Part shown: one piece after another, positions 10,232 through 19,952 of the stretch
Position numbering within the stretch: position 1 is the first letter of the stretch
How the letters are laid out: each line of letters starts with the position of its first letter
From: Candidatus Aminicenantes bacterium
GTDB lineage: Bacteria > Acidobacteriota > Aminicenantia > Aminicenantales > JAFGBC01
DNA: 64,000 nt
Direction: 5' to 3'
Assembly (NCBI GenBank): GCA_963702005.1
Contig: OY969696.1
Location: forward strand, 128,001 to 192,000
The notes under the pieces: generated by a model
What the model was told of the DNA's origin: nothing
The model's input: only the letters and a program-made list of their open reading frames with translations
Databases searched by the model: none
Translations under genes and position numbers: made by a program

Positions 10232-11044
10232 TCAATATGTTCTTTGATCAGTAATTTCTTGTTCGGCCTCGATCCCATTTGAGGCCAAAAAAACTTTTAA
10301 TTCTTCGTATCGTTCTCTAATTGATTTAACTCTTATTATTTTAGGACTGAAAAATAAACTCAATTCGCTAATTTTATCATTTCTTGTTTCCGACTTGTAA
10401 AATAGCGGTGCAAGCAATCGTAATAAGTTTGATGCGGTATCCAGATTTTGTTCCTCTTGTCTTGAAAAAGCATTCACAGCGAATCTCAAAGAACCAATTA
10501 CTATATCAACGAGCGATCCAAAATGGGATTGTCCAATAGCACTATAGTGATAACCTATAATATGATTTAATCTTAAGGTTCTCGAATAGGGTAGTCCCCT
10601 AACGCCGGTAGATAGTTTTTCCCTCAGATGGGCATCAATTTGCTTGTCGCTGAAGCGATCAATTAGCATCAATCCATGAGAGCAGAATCTTTTCAATAGA
10701 CAATCAAAATGATATGCAACTCTATTTATTTCGTTTTTTCTAGCATCCTCGGGGCTCGTGGCTATTTTATGGTGAATCAGAGAAACTAGAATAACACATC
10801 CAGTCTCCACTGCCTTCTGAACTATTCTTTGTTTAAGCTCAACAAATTCTTCATGTTTAAGTTTATTGGGGCGTGGATTGAACTTGAGTAGAAAATCATT
10901 GGGAATACATTTATCCAGTCGAAGTTTGTATATTTCGTCAGATAGAGTCTTTGCCTTCGCTGAGTCAATAACGACTCCGCCATATATAAAGAAAACATTT
11001 TCTGCTGGTCTTAGATTTGTCTCATCAGAATACATTAGATACAT
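10232..11044 (-). CDS. DUF3800-family protein
   Basis: N-terminal YLMYSDET, FIYGGVVI, C-terminal SLVDIVIG. Confidence 0.65.
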   Translation of the reverse strand: MYLMYSDETNLRPAENVFFIYGGVVIDSAKAKTLSDEIYKLRLDKCIPNDFLLKFNPRPNKLKHEEFVELKQRIVQKAVETGCVILVSLIHHKIATSPEDARKNEINRVAYHFDCLLKRFCSHGLMLIDRFSDKQIDAHLREKLSTGVRGLPYSRTLRLNHIIGYHYSAIGQSHFGSLVDIVIGSLRFAVNAFSRQEEQNLDTASNLLRLLAPLFYKSETRNDKISELSLFFSPKIIRVKSIRERYEELKVFLASNGIEAEQEITDQRTY

Positions 11045-11293
11045 GAGCTTTTTCCCCCTTCCATTTTAATTCTACTGCAAAACACGAATTCACAATAGAT
11101 ATAGCTAATCTGCATATTCCACAACCTTAAAAGCAAGCCTTCTAAACTTTTCAGCGGTCTAAAAAGAAACCCTAGTAAATTTTCCTTATCTGCATGATCC
11201 GCAAATCTCCCTAAATGCTTTTCAAATTTATCAGCTTTGGCTATCACAAAAAAGAATAATAACGATCAGAATTGACTTCGAAAAATGCCAAGT

Positions 11294-11875
11294 CTAAGCA
11301 TACGGATCATGCTTAGCGGATTCTATCCAGTCCGACTCTGATGAGGGATCAATCGTTGATAGTTCATTTAGAATAGATTCGACGGTCAAAATGGCATCAG
11401 CGCTATGATTTTCCGTAACCCAGTCTTCCTCTTCAACGATTTCAGATACTTTTTTCCTTCTGGTTTTATAATGAACGAGCCTGTCCCTAAGCTTGAAAAG
11501 TTCTTTTAGCCTTTCATATGACTGTCCATCGGTGTCTAGCGCTTTTCCTGTTATCAATTTTGGAATCAGGATCCACTTGCTCACAGGACTCAGTTTATCC
11601 AGATGGTTATCGAAATAGCTTCTTGAAAATCTTTCAATCGCATAATTGTTTATGAATGCTTCAAGAGTGAGAGCGCTAAAAATGACTGATACCATTGCGG
11701 AGCGTTGAATCGCGGCATTTTTCTCACATACGTAGTCGACATCACGGTCATCCTTCACTATCCTGGCTTCGCGCTCCGAAACAAGCCTCTCCACGTGCTT
11801 GTGATGTCTATATGCAATCGCGAAGAATGTCTTGTGCCTGGTAAAAACTACTTCATGATCATGCTCTTTGTCCAC
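11294..11875 (-). CDS. HEPN-like domain protein
   Basis: IFSALTLEAFIN and LRDRLVHYK (Rx4H). Confidence 0.65.
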   Translation of the reverse strand: MDKEHDHEVVFTRHKTFFAIAYRHHKHVERLVSEREARIVKDDRDVDYVCEKNAAIQRSAMVSVIFSALTLEAFINNYAIERFSRSYFDNHLDKLSPVSKWILIPKLITGKALDTDGQSYERLKELFKLRDRLVHYKTRRKKVSEIVEEEDWVTENHSADAILTVESILNELSTIDPSSESDWIESAKHDPYA

Positions 11876-12080
11876 GAAAAACTCCTTAGCTCAAGGGATA
11901 AAGTCATTTTATTCGATTAAACGCATATTCTGCAATTTTCCTCAGAAGCCTTTCTAAGCATATCGCCAATTCCAATCCGATTTGTCAAATCGGCCTTTTT
12001 GTTTATATTTTTCAAATATTTTATAGGCATAATCAGCAATCCGTATAAACAGCCTTTAAAAAAGCATTATCAATACCCTC

Positions 12081-13124
12081 TTGGGTATGACTGAGGCTCG
12101 GCCAATAATTATTAATCCTGAAATCCTCAACGAAACCTATATCCTGGTCAATACCTCAGTAAGGGAACCCCATTTAGAAGAGCTCCTTCGCTGTTTGAGG
12201 CCCGGCTTTGACAGGAAGAAGCCGATGCATGCCTGGCTATTCGGCGAGCCAGGAACCGGGAAAACCCTCCTGGTCAAGCACGTTCTCGGAAAGATGAGCA
12301 GGGAAGCCCTGGTGGGCGGCGCCTACATTAACTGCTGGGAGCAGAATTCCTTTTATTCGGTTCTTGATAAGCTCGTCAGAGAGCTCAGGATGCTCGGAGC
12401 CGAAAAGCTCAACTCATCCTTCAAGCTCGAAAGGCTCAAGATGTTCATCGGCAACAGGCCGTTCATAATAGTCCTGGACGAAATCGACAAGCCCAAAAGG
12501 GAAGAAAGGGATTCGATTCTCTATAACCTCTGCAACGTCGGCAATGTCGGCCTCGTCTGCGTGTCCAATTCCCGGTCCGTCCTGTATTCCATGGACGAGA
12601 GGATAAAGTCCAGGCTGAATGCAAGGCAGATTGAATTCCGCCCTTATGCTCAAGATGACCTGTTTTGCATCCTGAAGCAGAGGGCGGAGCTGGCGCTAAG
12701 TCCCGGCTCATGTAACGAGGCGACATTGAGGAAAATAGCAGAACTGGCCGAAGGCGACGCGCGCGTCGCCATCCAGACGCTGAAGAACGCCGCTTACAAT
12801 GCGGAGAAAGACGCCGGCAAAACCATAAACGAAAACCACATCAAAGACGGCTTCACTTCAGCCAAGGGCACGAAAAAGACCTATCTGCTCGAAAAGCTGA
12901 CGAGCCATCACCGCCTTCTTTGCGATTTGGTCGCTGAAAGGGGGAAGATCAATTCCGGAGAGCTCTGGCAGGCCTATCTGGACAGGTGCGATTCGCTTTC
13001 CAAGCCGCCCATCGCTTTGCGCACGTTTTCCGAATACATGAACAAGCTCATCGAGCTCGGCCTGGTCCGGTGGGACCGGGCGCTTGTACGAGGCAAAGTG
13101 CGCGTTTTCACAATGCCGAGCTAG
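12081..13124 (+). CDS. cdc6: Orc1/Cdc6-family replication initiator (AAA+ plus winged helix)
   Basis: GEPGTGKT, YINCW, IVLDEID, IKSRL, GDARVAIQTLKNAA, C-terminal wHTH RTFSEYMNKLIELGLV. Confidence 0.9.
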   Translation: MGMTEARPIIINPEILNETYILVNTSVREPHLEELLRCLRPGFDRKKPMHAWLFGEPGTGKTLLVKHVLGKMSREALVGGAYINCWEQNSFYSVLDKLVRELRMLGAEKLNSSFKLERLKMFIGNRPFIIVLDEIDKPKREERDSILYNLCNVGNVGLVCVSNSRSVLYSMDERIKSRLNARQIEFRPYAQDDLFCILKQRAELALSPGSCNEATLRKIAELAEGDARVAIQTLKNAAYNAEKDAGKTINENHIKDGFTSAKGTKKTYLLEKLTSHHRLLCDLVAERGKINSGELWQAYLDRCDSLSKPPIALRTFSEYMNKLIELGLVRWDRALVRGKVRVFTMPS

Positions 13125-13213
13125 CGGGGGTGTTTTTTAGATTTTTCCTGTATGCGCGATTTGGCCTTTATCATTCATTAATATCTCCAACAACAACGGC
13201 TAATAAAACAGAC

Positions 13214-13280
13214 GTTTAAACATTTGTTTAAACATTTTTGATCCCTCTTGTAGCATATAAGTTTAAACACCCGTTTAAAC
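13214..13280. repeat. Four GTTTAAAC palindromes in two 12-bp-spaced pairs; candidate origin or operator
   Basis: GTTTAAAC at 13214, 13226, 13261 and 13273 in an AT-rich gap just after cdc6. Confidence 0.7.
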
Positions 13281-13482
13281 AAAGTTATTTATTTCTCCGC
13301 GCAGATTATGAACCATGACCGAATATTCCGGGGACCGGAGGATCCTAAAAGATACGATGGGGAAAGGGTTCCAGACATGACGCGCGAAGAGATACTACGG
13401 ATACTAGCAATTCCATGTCCTCGTTGGTCTAGCCGATTCGTCTCCATCCATTGAACAGGAGGATGTATATTGGGAAGGGATT

Positions 13483-14184
13483 ATGATAAAACTCAGACAC
13501 GTCATTCGTAAGGCAAAGCTGGAACTTGAATACCAGTTTATGAAAGTCAGCGGAAAAACGAACCTCGGGTATCCTTACTCGGAAGTATATGCTGATTTCA
13601 AGCTGCGCTATCGCAGCCATTCGAGCCGTTTCTGGGACAACATAGCAAAAGACATGGAAAAAGAGATAATCGTCCATGGATTGGATGATTTCCGCAAGCT
13701 TCATTTTATCCAATATTTCAGCATCAATGCCGCCAACGCGAATAACGTGGGTGCCTTCGCGGACATAATGAAATACACGGGATGGGAACTGAACAAGAGA
13801 ATCACGATTTGCGAGATAGGCGGCGGCTATGGGGGTCTTGCCTACATGTTCCTGAAACTCATGCCGAATGCTCATTATATCCTCGTAGATATACCACAAA
13901 CACTTATTCTAGCCCATCGTTTTTTGAATGGGTTGGGTATTGCCGACAGGTGCGAGTTTCTAGTGCCGGATGAGATAAGGAACGTCAAACCTGACCTTTG
14001 GATAAACGTAGACAGCTTCCAGGAGCTTACCTATCACATAATTGATGATTATTTCAGTTACATCAAGAACAATCCGGGATATCTCTACATGAAGGAGCTG
14101 GAAACCAACCACAATTCTGTCGACGGCGTACATTCTGAATATCGACGACTACCCGTTCAAGAGGAACATGCGGATAATCGATAG
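13483..14184 (+). CDS. Putative sugar O-methyltransferase (NanM-like, class I SAM-dependent)
   Basis: ICEIGGGYGGLA, ILVDIP, DLWINVDSFQEL. Confidence 0.75.
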   Translation: MIKLRHVIRKAKLELEYQFMKVSGKTNLGYPYSEVYADFKLRYRSHSSRFWDNIAKDMEKEIIVHGLDDFRKLHFIQYFSINAANANNVGAFADIMKYTGWELNKRITICEIGGGYGGLAYMFLKLMPNAHYILVDIPQTLILAHRFLNGLGIADRCEFLVPDEIRNVKPDLWINVDSFQELTYHIIDDYFSYIKNNPGYLYMKELETNHNSVDGVHSEYRRLPVQEEHADNR

Positions 14185-14418
14185 AAAGGTCCTGCCGCAA
14201 AGGATACGATTTGACAACTGTAGCGGGATATGGGAGCCGTATGTCGTGATGTTCATAAAGATAAAGAAGGAGACTGGTGTATGAAACTCAACTCGGACGA
14301 TTGGTTCATAATAATAATGGTGACGTTGCTGGTGATAGGCATCGCATCCGACCTCATACTGAAGCTACATAAAATATAGCCGTTCAATCGCCGCCGTGTG
14401 AGGCGTTAAAAAGAAAAT

Positions 14419-14638
14419 ATGAAAATCGGGTTATATAACTTGGAGCCGAAGATCGTCAATTATGTGTTATGTTCTCATCGGATACTGGTCCAACAAAAGA
14501 GGAAGACATGATGAGAATGATGCAACTGAGATCCCTCGGCATCGACTCTTTCGTGATGCCCTATAACAAGCAGGATTATTACTACCGAGTATTTGCCAGG
14601 TGGGTCAACTTCAAGGTGATTTTTGAATCAATACCTTA
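14419..14638 (+). pseudogene. Internally deleted remnant of a phage-type radical-SAM-like gene
   Basis: MKIGLYNLEPKIVN joined directly to MCYVLIGYWS...LRSLGIDSFVMPYNK...FARWVN, i.e. N- and C-termini only. Confidence 0.5.
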
Positions 14639-14895
14639 GGAGTTGTATCACCAAAATCCGAATAAACACATCAAATAATTTTCGAGGCGCCTATCAAACT
14701 TGTTTTGATCCAGGTAATTGCTTCAGATTACTGCCAATATGTTCTTGATCTTTTAGGAAACTCTGAACAACCTGTCAACATGGATTTAATTCATAGTCTT
14801 TATACGGTATGTAAACAAAGAAAATCCTCTGTGTCTGGTCCAGAATAGCCATTCTTATCTGCATTGACCGTATCCCATTTGGCATCTCCATGTGG

Positions 14896-14993
14896 GCACT
14901 TTCGGAATATATGACAGGCTGATTGAGCTCGGCCTGGTCCGGCGGGTCAGGGCCCTGGTCAGGGGGAAGGTTAGGGCGTTTAGAGCCGACTGA
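14896..14993 (+). pseudogene. Diverged duplicate of the cdc6 3' end
   Basis: ttcggaatatatga..gattgagctcggcctggtccggcgggtcagggccctggtcagggggaaggttagggcgttt aligns to about 13021-13110 (LIELGLVR.RALVRGKVR.F). Confidence 0.8.
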
Positions 14994-15093
14994 AATTGAT
15001 CTTGTGTGGACAGAATCGATATTAACATGTCGTAATATTTGGACTATCATAATACTAACTTGATAGGGAAAGTGAATTCTCTTTTGCAACAAA

Positions 15094-16542
15094 ATGAATA
15101 AAACAAATTCAGTTCCGAGAATTTTTTTGAGCTCTACAGTAAAAGGCAATACTCCTGATGATCCTGGTCTCGGGCCCTATCGGGGAAAAATTGAAGAAAT
15201 GATAATTAGCAAATTCAGATGGAAATGCATCCGTTCTGAGGGGACTGGTGCTGAATTTTGGGGATCGAATATTTCCGCCTGCCTTGATGCTGTGGCATGT
15301 GCGGATTTATACATAGGTATTTTTTGGAAAAGATACGGACCCATCATAGCTGATTCAGGCTTGCCTCTGACTGAAATGGAATTTTATAGGGCATTGAATC
15401 TAAAAAAGCCCATGAGAATTTATGTAATTGAATCTGAACAAAGAGAGCCTTCACTCCAATTATTCTTGGATTGGGTCAAACATGAACAATTCTTAATCTT
15501 CTGCAAAATAGACGAATTATTACAGAAAATTGGGGAAGGCTTGGAATATTTTGGGAAAAAATGGCCGTCAAATAGACTTCTCTTATCTCTTGTACCACCT
15601 TCCTACATAGATGAGATTCTAAATAAATTGGATTTATTGCCTCAAGAATTGTGTATTTTTAGGACGGAGCCAAAATTTGACATCTTTGACAAAGACCTTG
15701 TTTCAAAAAAATTGAAGAACATGAAGACCTTTCATGAGCTGTATAAGTATGAAGAAGTAATAGGTGAGGGTTGGCAGGTTCTTAACATGCTTAGATTCAA
15801 ACCTCCCCACATATATAAAGAATTTCGCAGATTCTGGATTTCTTTTTTATCTATGTGGGAGGATTCATGTAATTGGTATGGCTATATTCAGGGATCAGTT
15901 GGCAGCCTATGGGCAGCAAAGTCATTGCGTGAAATCTATCGTCTATCTGAAGCATGGTCCTTGTTCAATTCCTCTGCCGGTATCATATCAAGCAACTTAT
16001 ACGCCTTAGCTACTTCGATCGAGGCTAAAGCTACGCTTATTAACATTCCTGCATGGAAAGATATTTTATCAAATCAAGCAAGACAACTGCTTTTTCAATC
16101 ACTCGACTATGTAAATCTATCATTTTGTAGAGGAGTTGCGATATCCGTCGCGGCCTGTTCCATAAGAGGCAATATTAATCGAAAACTAGGCAATTTCGAC
16201 GAGTCGATTGAAAGCCATTTAATGGCGAAAGAAAGATGCACCTCGGATGAAGGCCTGGGTATGCAGATCTCTCATATTGGAAGAGCGAAAATTCTAAAAA
16301 AAGACAAGGATGGGCTTAAAGTTTTGGAAGAAGGAGTAATAATCTGTAAAAATCTCCAGTCGCCATCAGAAGTTCGCACCCTAAAAGCTCTAGGTCAAGG
16401 CCTAGTTGAAATAGGGGAATTTGACAGAGCTGAAGAAATAGGCAAAAACGCTCTTCATCTTGCAGAGAAAAGGAAACTTGGTCATCAACTTGAATCGATA
16501 AGAGCATTGATGAAAAAGATAAAGGCTAAAAAAGGCAACTGA
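15094..16542 (+). CDS. DUF4062 (TIR/NDT-like) domain plus TPR-like repeats
   Basis: RIFLSST, CLDAVACADLYIGIFWKRYG, TEMEFYRA; helical repeat C-terminus. Confidence 0.75.
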   Translation: MNKTNSVPRIFLSSTVKGNTPDDPGLGPYRGKIEEMIISKFRWKCIRSEGTGAEFWGSNISACLDAVACADLYIGIFWKRYGPIIADSGLPLTEMEFYRALNLKKPMRIYVIESEQREPSLQLFLDWVKHEQFLIFCKIDELLQKIGEGLEYFGKKWPSNRLLLSLVPPSYIDEILNKLDLLPQELCIFRTEPKFDIFDKDLVSKKLKNMKTFHELYKYEEVIGEGWQVLNMLRFKPPHIYKEFRRFWISFLSMWEDSCNWYGYIQGSVGSLWAAKSLREIYRLSEAWSLFNSSAGIISSNLYALATSIEAKATLINIPAWKDILSNQARQLLFQSLDYVNLSFCRGVAISVAACSIRGNINRKLGNFDESIESHLMAKERCTSDEGLGMQISHIGRAKILKKDKDGLKVLEEGVIICKNLQSPSEVRTLKALGQGLVEIGEFDRAEEIGKNALHLAEKRKLGHQLESIRALMKKIKAKKGN

Positions 16543-16658
16543 GATTATTTCTCGTATCGACAATAACAACGTTTTTTCAGAATGCATCCTTCAATGCTCA
16601 GTTGTATAAACATCCATTTAAACATAATAATTTATATCCCCCTTCCGATTTTTCTATA

Positions 16659-16853
16659 ATGGTCCGCATCCAGGCGTTCAAGGGAAGCAACAAGTTAAAA
16701 AACGGCATGAAGGGCAAAGAATATCAGCGTCACTTCATCATAATCCCCCAGGCCCTTGTGACGGCGCTGGGCTGGAAGAAGGGCGATGAGATGGACTTCA
16801 TGATAGAAAGGGATAAAATATACTTGAAGAAACAGAAGGCTTTATCGATTTAA
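16659..16853 (+). CDS. AbrB/MazE-type swapped-hairpin DNA-binding protein
   Basis: FIIIPQALVTALGWKKGDEMDFMIE. Confidence 0.75.
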   Translation: MVRIQAFKGSNKLKNGMKGKEYQRHFIIIPQALVTALGWKKGDEMDFMIERDKIYLKKQKALSI

Positions 16854-16890
16854 AGAACATCAAGAGGAGATTTATCTCCAATATAGGAAC

Positions 16891-19092
16891 ATGATCATGC
16901 CTGATGACCTCAAAGATCAGGAATTTAGAAAAAAGCTACGAGAAGCCCACGACTTTGCCCTACAAGAAAAAGAAAAAGCTAAGCGGCAAATCGAGCACAT
17001 AATTGTCGACTTAGATCCCATTGAACTGCTATCGCATATTGCTTTTATCTCGCAATATATTCCAGAGGGCAATCCTGAAATCAATCAAAATATAAGGGAA
17101 TATCCATCTCTACAATTCTTATCTGGCCTTTATCTGAAATTTCGTGAACCAGGGACTAGGCATCCCGAGAACAAAGAAATCGAAATGCTCTTGGAAACTG
17201 TCGAGAGTTATTTCACCTTTTTCATGCAAGACTTAATCCTTCAGAGTTTCAAAAAGGATACGGTATCAGATACCGACGGGTTAATTCTCCAGGCAAGACT
17301 GCAGAGAATTGTCCGTCAAGTTAATGCGACAATATATCCTTTCCAACTCGATATACTTATTCGTGATTTGTTCTCCCATTTTGATGATTACTTTTTAAGA
17401 ACAGTAGGCTTTAGGGCGTCAAAAGCGTTGGAGTTTGGCAGGAAGATCATTAATAGGTACGAGAGACTTATAAACAAGCGATATGAAGAATCGAGATTAG
17501 CTTATATTAATGCAAAAGAAGAATTGAGAGATCCGGTAAAAGGCCCCGCCATCAAGGAACTGATGGGAAAAAACATATCCGAACAGGATTATCTTAACTC
17601 ATATTCCGCTTTCTTGTTATTTTCAAATACAAAAGATCTTTTCGTTTTTAACCCTGACGAGGCATGCAGGGAAGAAGGCATTTCCGACATTGCCGAATTT
17701 AAGAGCTATTTGACTACTCTAAGCTGTAGATTCGGAGACAATCAGACTTTCGACAATTTCCTAGATAATAATGTCATATCCACAAGACCATTTATCTGGG
17801 CTGATGAAGGAAGATATTTTGCGCCCATTTCCCAAGATTTGCTTTACAACCTTCCCCGTTTTCTCGAATTAATCCTGGAGCCGGAAAAGGCTTCCCAGTC
17901 TAGCACCTGGCAGAAGTATCAGTCAAAACGAGCGCGTTTCGTTGAGGATCGGATATATGAATATTTTTCCCGGCTCTTTCCAAAGGACAGAATCTACCGG
18001 AACGTCAAATATGTTTTTCAAGGCAAAGAATGCGAAGCTGACATAATTATTTTATATGATAATAAAACCTTCTTAATAGAATCTAAATCCGGATCATTTA
18101 CTGAACAAGCCCAGAGGGGAGGAATTGACAGTCTAAAAAAAGACCTTAAGAAACTAGTCGAAGAGGCTCACCAACAAGGGAAACGAACGATAGACTATAT
18201 CAAATCAGGTGAAGTTGCCGTTTTTACGGATATGTCCGGGAATAAAGCGCTAGAATTGAACCGCAATTCGAACAAGATTTTCATTGTCAGCGTTACTCTC
18301 GAGCCTTTGATGAGTTTTTCAGCAAGTCTAAAAAATCTCGGGTCGTTGGGCCTATTTGTAGATAACGAATACCCGTGGTCAGTTCATCTCAATGAACTAG
18401 ACATCGTCACCAAACATCTTCCATCGCCTACTATCTTCATCCATTATTTGGAAAATCGCCTGCAAGCTATAGATGAGAACATATTTCATGCTTTTGATGA
18501 GCTCTCTTTCTTGGGTTGGTATTTAAAGCAGGGCAATTTCATCGTTCCGCGCACTAAAGATGACAAAAAGCCAAATATAGTAACGCTCGCTTCTGATTGG
18601 GTGGCCGCGTTTGACGATCATTATTTATTCGGCAAAGCGAGTCCGCAGCTCATAATTGAAGAGGACCTCCTCAAAGTCGTTCGTATCCTAGAATATATTA
18701 ATCCAATAGGCTATTCTGATATCTCAAGTGCACTCCTTGACTTTGATCATGATGCAAGAAAGCTAATATTTGGTAAAATAAATGAACTAATAGAATTATC
18801 TAAGAACGATCATAAGCCGCACGATTTCTCCGTTCTCTACAAAGAAGTATTGGATACTGGCCTCACTTTTATGACCATTCTAGAAAGGCATCGATTAAGA
18901 GAACGCCTTGGTTCTTACTGCACCATAAAGAAATACCAGATGAAAGCAAGAAGGTGGATTGGCATTGGGAGAGACGTGTCAGATGAACGTTGGTACGTCA
19001 ATGAGTTCGCTTTTCTAGATAACCCCTGGGAACATAATTCCAAAATGGATAAACTGTTAAGAGTTTTCCCCATGAGAGATAAGGGTAAATGA
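16891..19092 (+). CDS. Large protein with a NERD/PD-(D/E)xK nuclease-like domain
   Basis: FVEDRI...YRNVKY...EADIIILYDNKTFLIESKSG...AHQQG. Confidence 0.65.
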   Translation: MIMPDDLKDQEFRKKLREAHDFALQEKEKAKRQIEHIIVDLDPIELLSHIAFISQYIPEGNPEINQNIREYPSLQFLSGLYLKFREPGTRHPENKEIEMLLETVESYFTFFMQDLILQSFKKDTVSDTDGLILQARLQRIVRQVNATIYPFQLDILIRDLFSHFDDYFLRTVGFRASKALEFGRKIINRYERLINKRYEESRLAYINAKEELRDPVKGPAIKELMGKNISEQDYLNSYSAFLLFSNTKDLFVFNPDEACREEGISDIAEFKSYLTTLSCRFGDNQTFDNFLDNNVISTRPFIWADEGRYFAPISQDLLYNLPRFLELILEPEKASQSSTWQKYQSKRARFVEDRIYEYFSRLFPKDRIYRNVKYVFQGKECEADIIILYDNKTFLIESKSGSFTEQAQRGGIDSLKKDLKKLVEEAHQQGKRTIDYIKSGEVAVFTDMSGNKALELNRNSNKIFIVSVTLEPLMSFSASLKNLGSLGLFVDNEYPWSVHLNELDIVTKHLPSPTIFIHYLENRLQAIDENIFHAFDELSFLGWYLKQGNFIVPRTKDDKKPNIVTLASDWVAAFDDHYLFGKASPQLIIEEDLLKVVRILEYINPIGYSDISSALLDFDHDARKLIFGKINELIELSKNDHKPHDFSVLYKEVLDTGLTFMTILERHRLRERLGSYCTIKKYQMKARRWIGIGRDVSDERWYVNEFAFLDNPWEHNSKMDKLLRVFPMRDKGK

Positions 19093-19273
19093 TGTTCTTA
19101 TCTTCTTAATCCGCACCCCCCTTCCGAAACCCTTTTCTTTTCTCCTCTTTACTTCCTCTGATGAATCATCAATCAGCGGAGAACGAGCTTCCAAAATGGG
19201 TCAAGCTCGTAAACAGGGCGCTGCGGGGGGATCTGACCCTCGAAGACATCGGCCTCCCCCGGAAGGCGTCAGA

Positions 19274-19495
19274 ATGAATGAAGTCCACATCCTTGACATC
19301 AAGCTTATTGGCGCGGGGATAGTTTTCATTGCCTTCGCCTTGATTGTCGTTCTGGGCTTTGCTCTTGGGCCTTATCTTGAAGTCGCTTCGCCTAAGGATG
19401 GAAAGCTACTTATCTTAGCTTCTGCAATTTCCCTCGGAGTGATGATTGCTACTGCCTGTTTCATAATCTACTCAATGTTTAAACACAAAGAATAA
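19274..19495 (+). CDS. Small protein with two transmembrane segments
   Basis: Two hydrophobic segments; ATG 19274 overlaps the stop of a short upstream ORF. Confidence 0.5.
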   Translation: MNEVHILDIKLIGAGIVFIAFALIVVLGFALGPYLEVASPKDGKLLILASAISLGVMIATACFIIYSMFKHKE

Positions 19496-19712
19496 GCTGA
19501 TTCTGGAAAGCTTCATGAGCATAAAAAGCAGTTCGGAATCTAAATTTCACCTTTGACCTTATCCGCACAAATCGCATCCTTTTCTAATAAGCGATTTTAA
19601 AAGTCTTACCTATTCCCCTATATGGAATTCAAAAACGTGGCTGAACTTTGCGATTTCGTTGACGAAGAAGCGAGGAAAAGGGTCAATAGAATTCTATTAA
19701 CACAAGATAAAA

Positions 19713-19952
19713 GTGCCCATTATGATAGCTGATCATTCCAGAACAATAATCAAAATGAGGGACGCCGAAATCCTCGACGATTACGTAGTCAGGGTACTCC
19801 GGTCAGTAAATGTTCCTGTTTGCATAAATACAATTGCCGTTTTAACTGGCCTTGCTCCTCATAGGGTGTGCAAGGTATTGAACAGACTGGAGCAGGATAA
19901 AAGGATAAGGAAAACAACAAATATCCGCCATGCCTATTGGCAGTTTATATGA
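19713..19952 (+). CDS. Small winged-helix protein
   Basis: INTIAVLTGLAPHRVCKVLNRLEQDKRI. Confidence 0.5.
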   Translation: MPIMIADHSRTIIKMRDAEILDDYVVRVLRSVNVPVCINTIAVLTGLAPHRVCKVLNRLEQDKRIRKTTNIRHAYWQFI

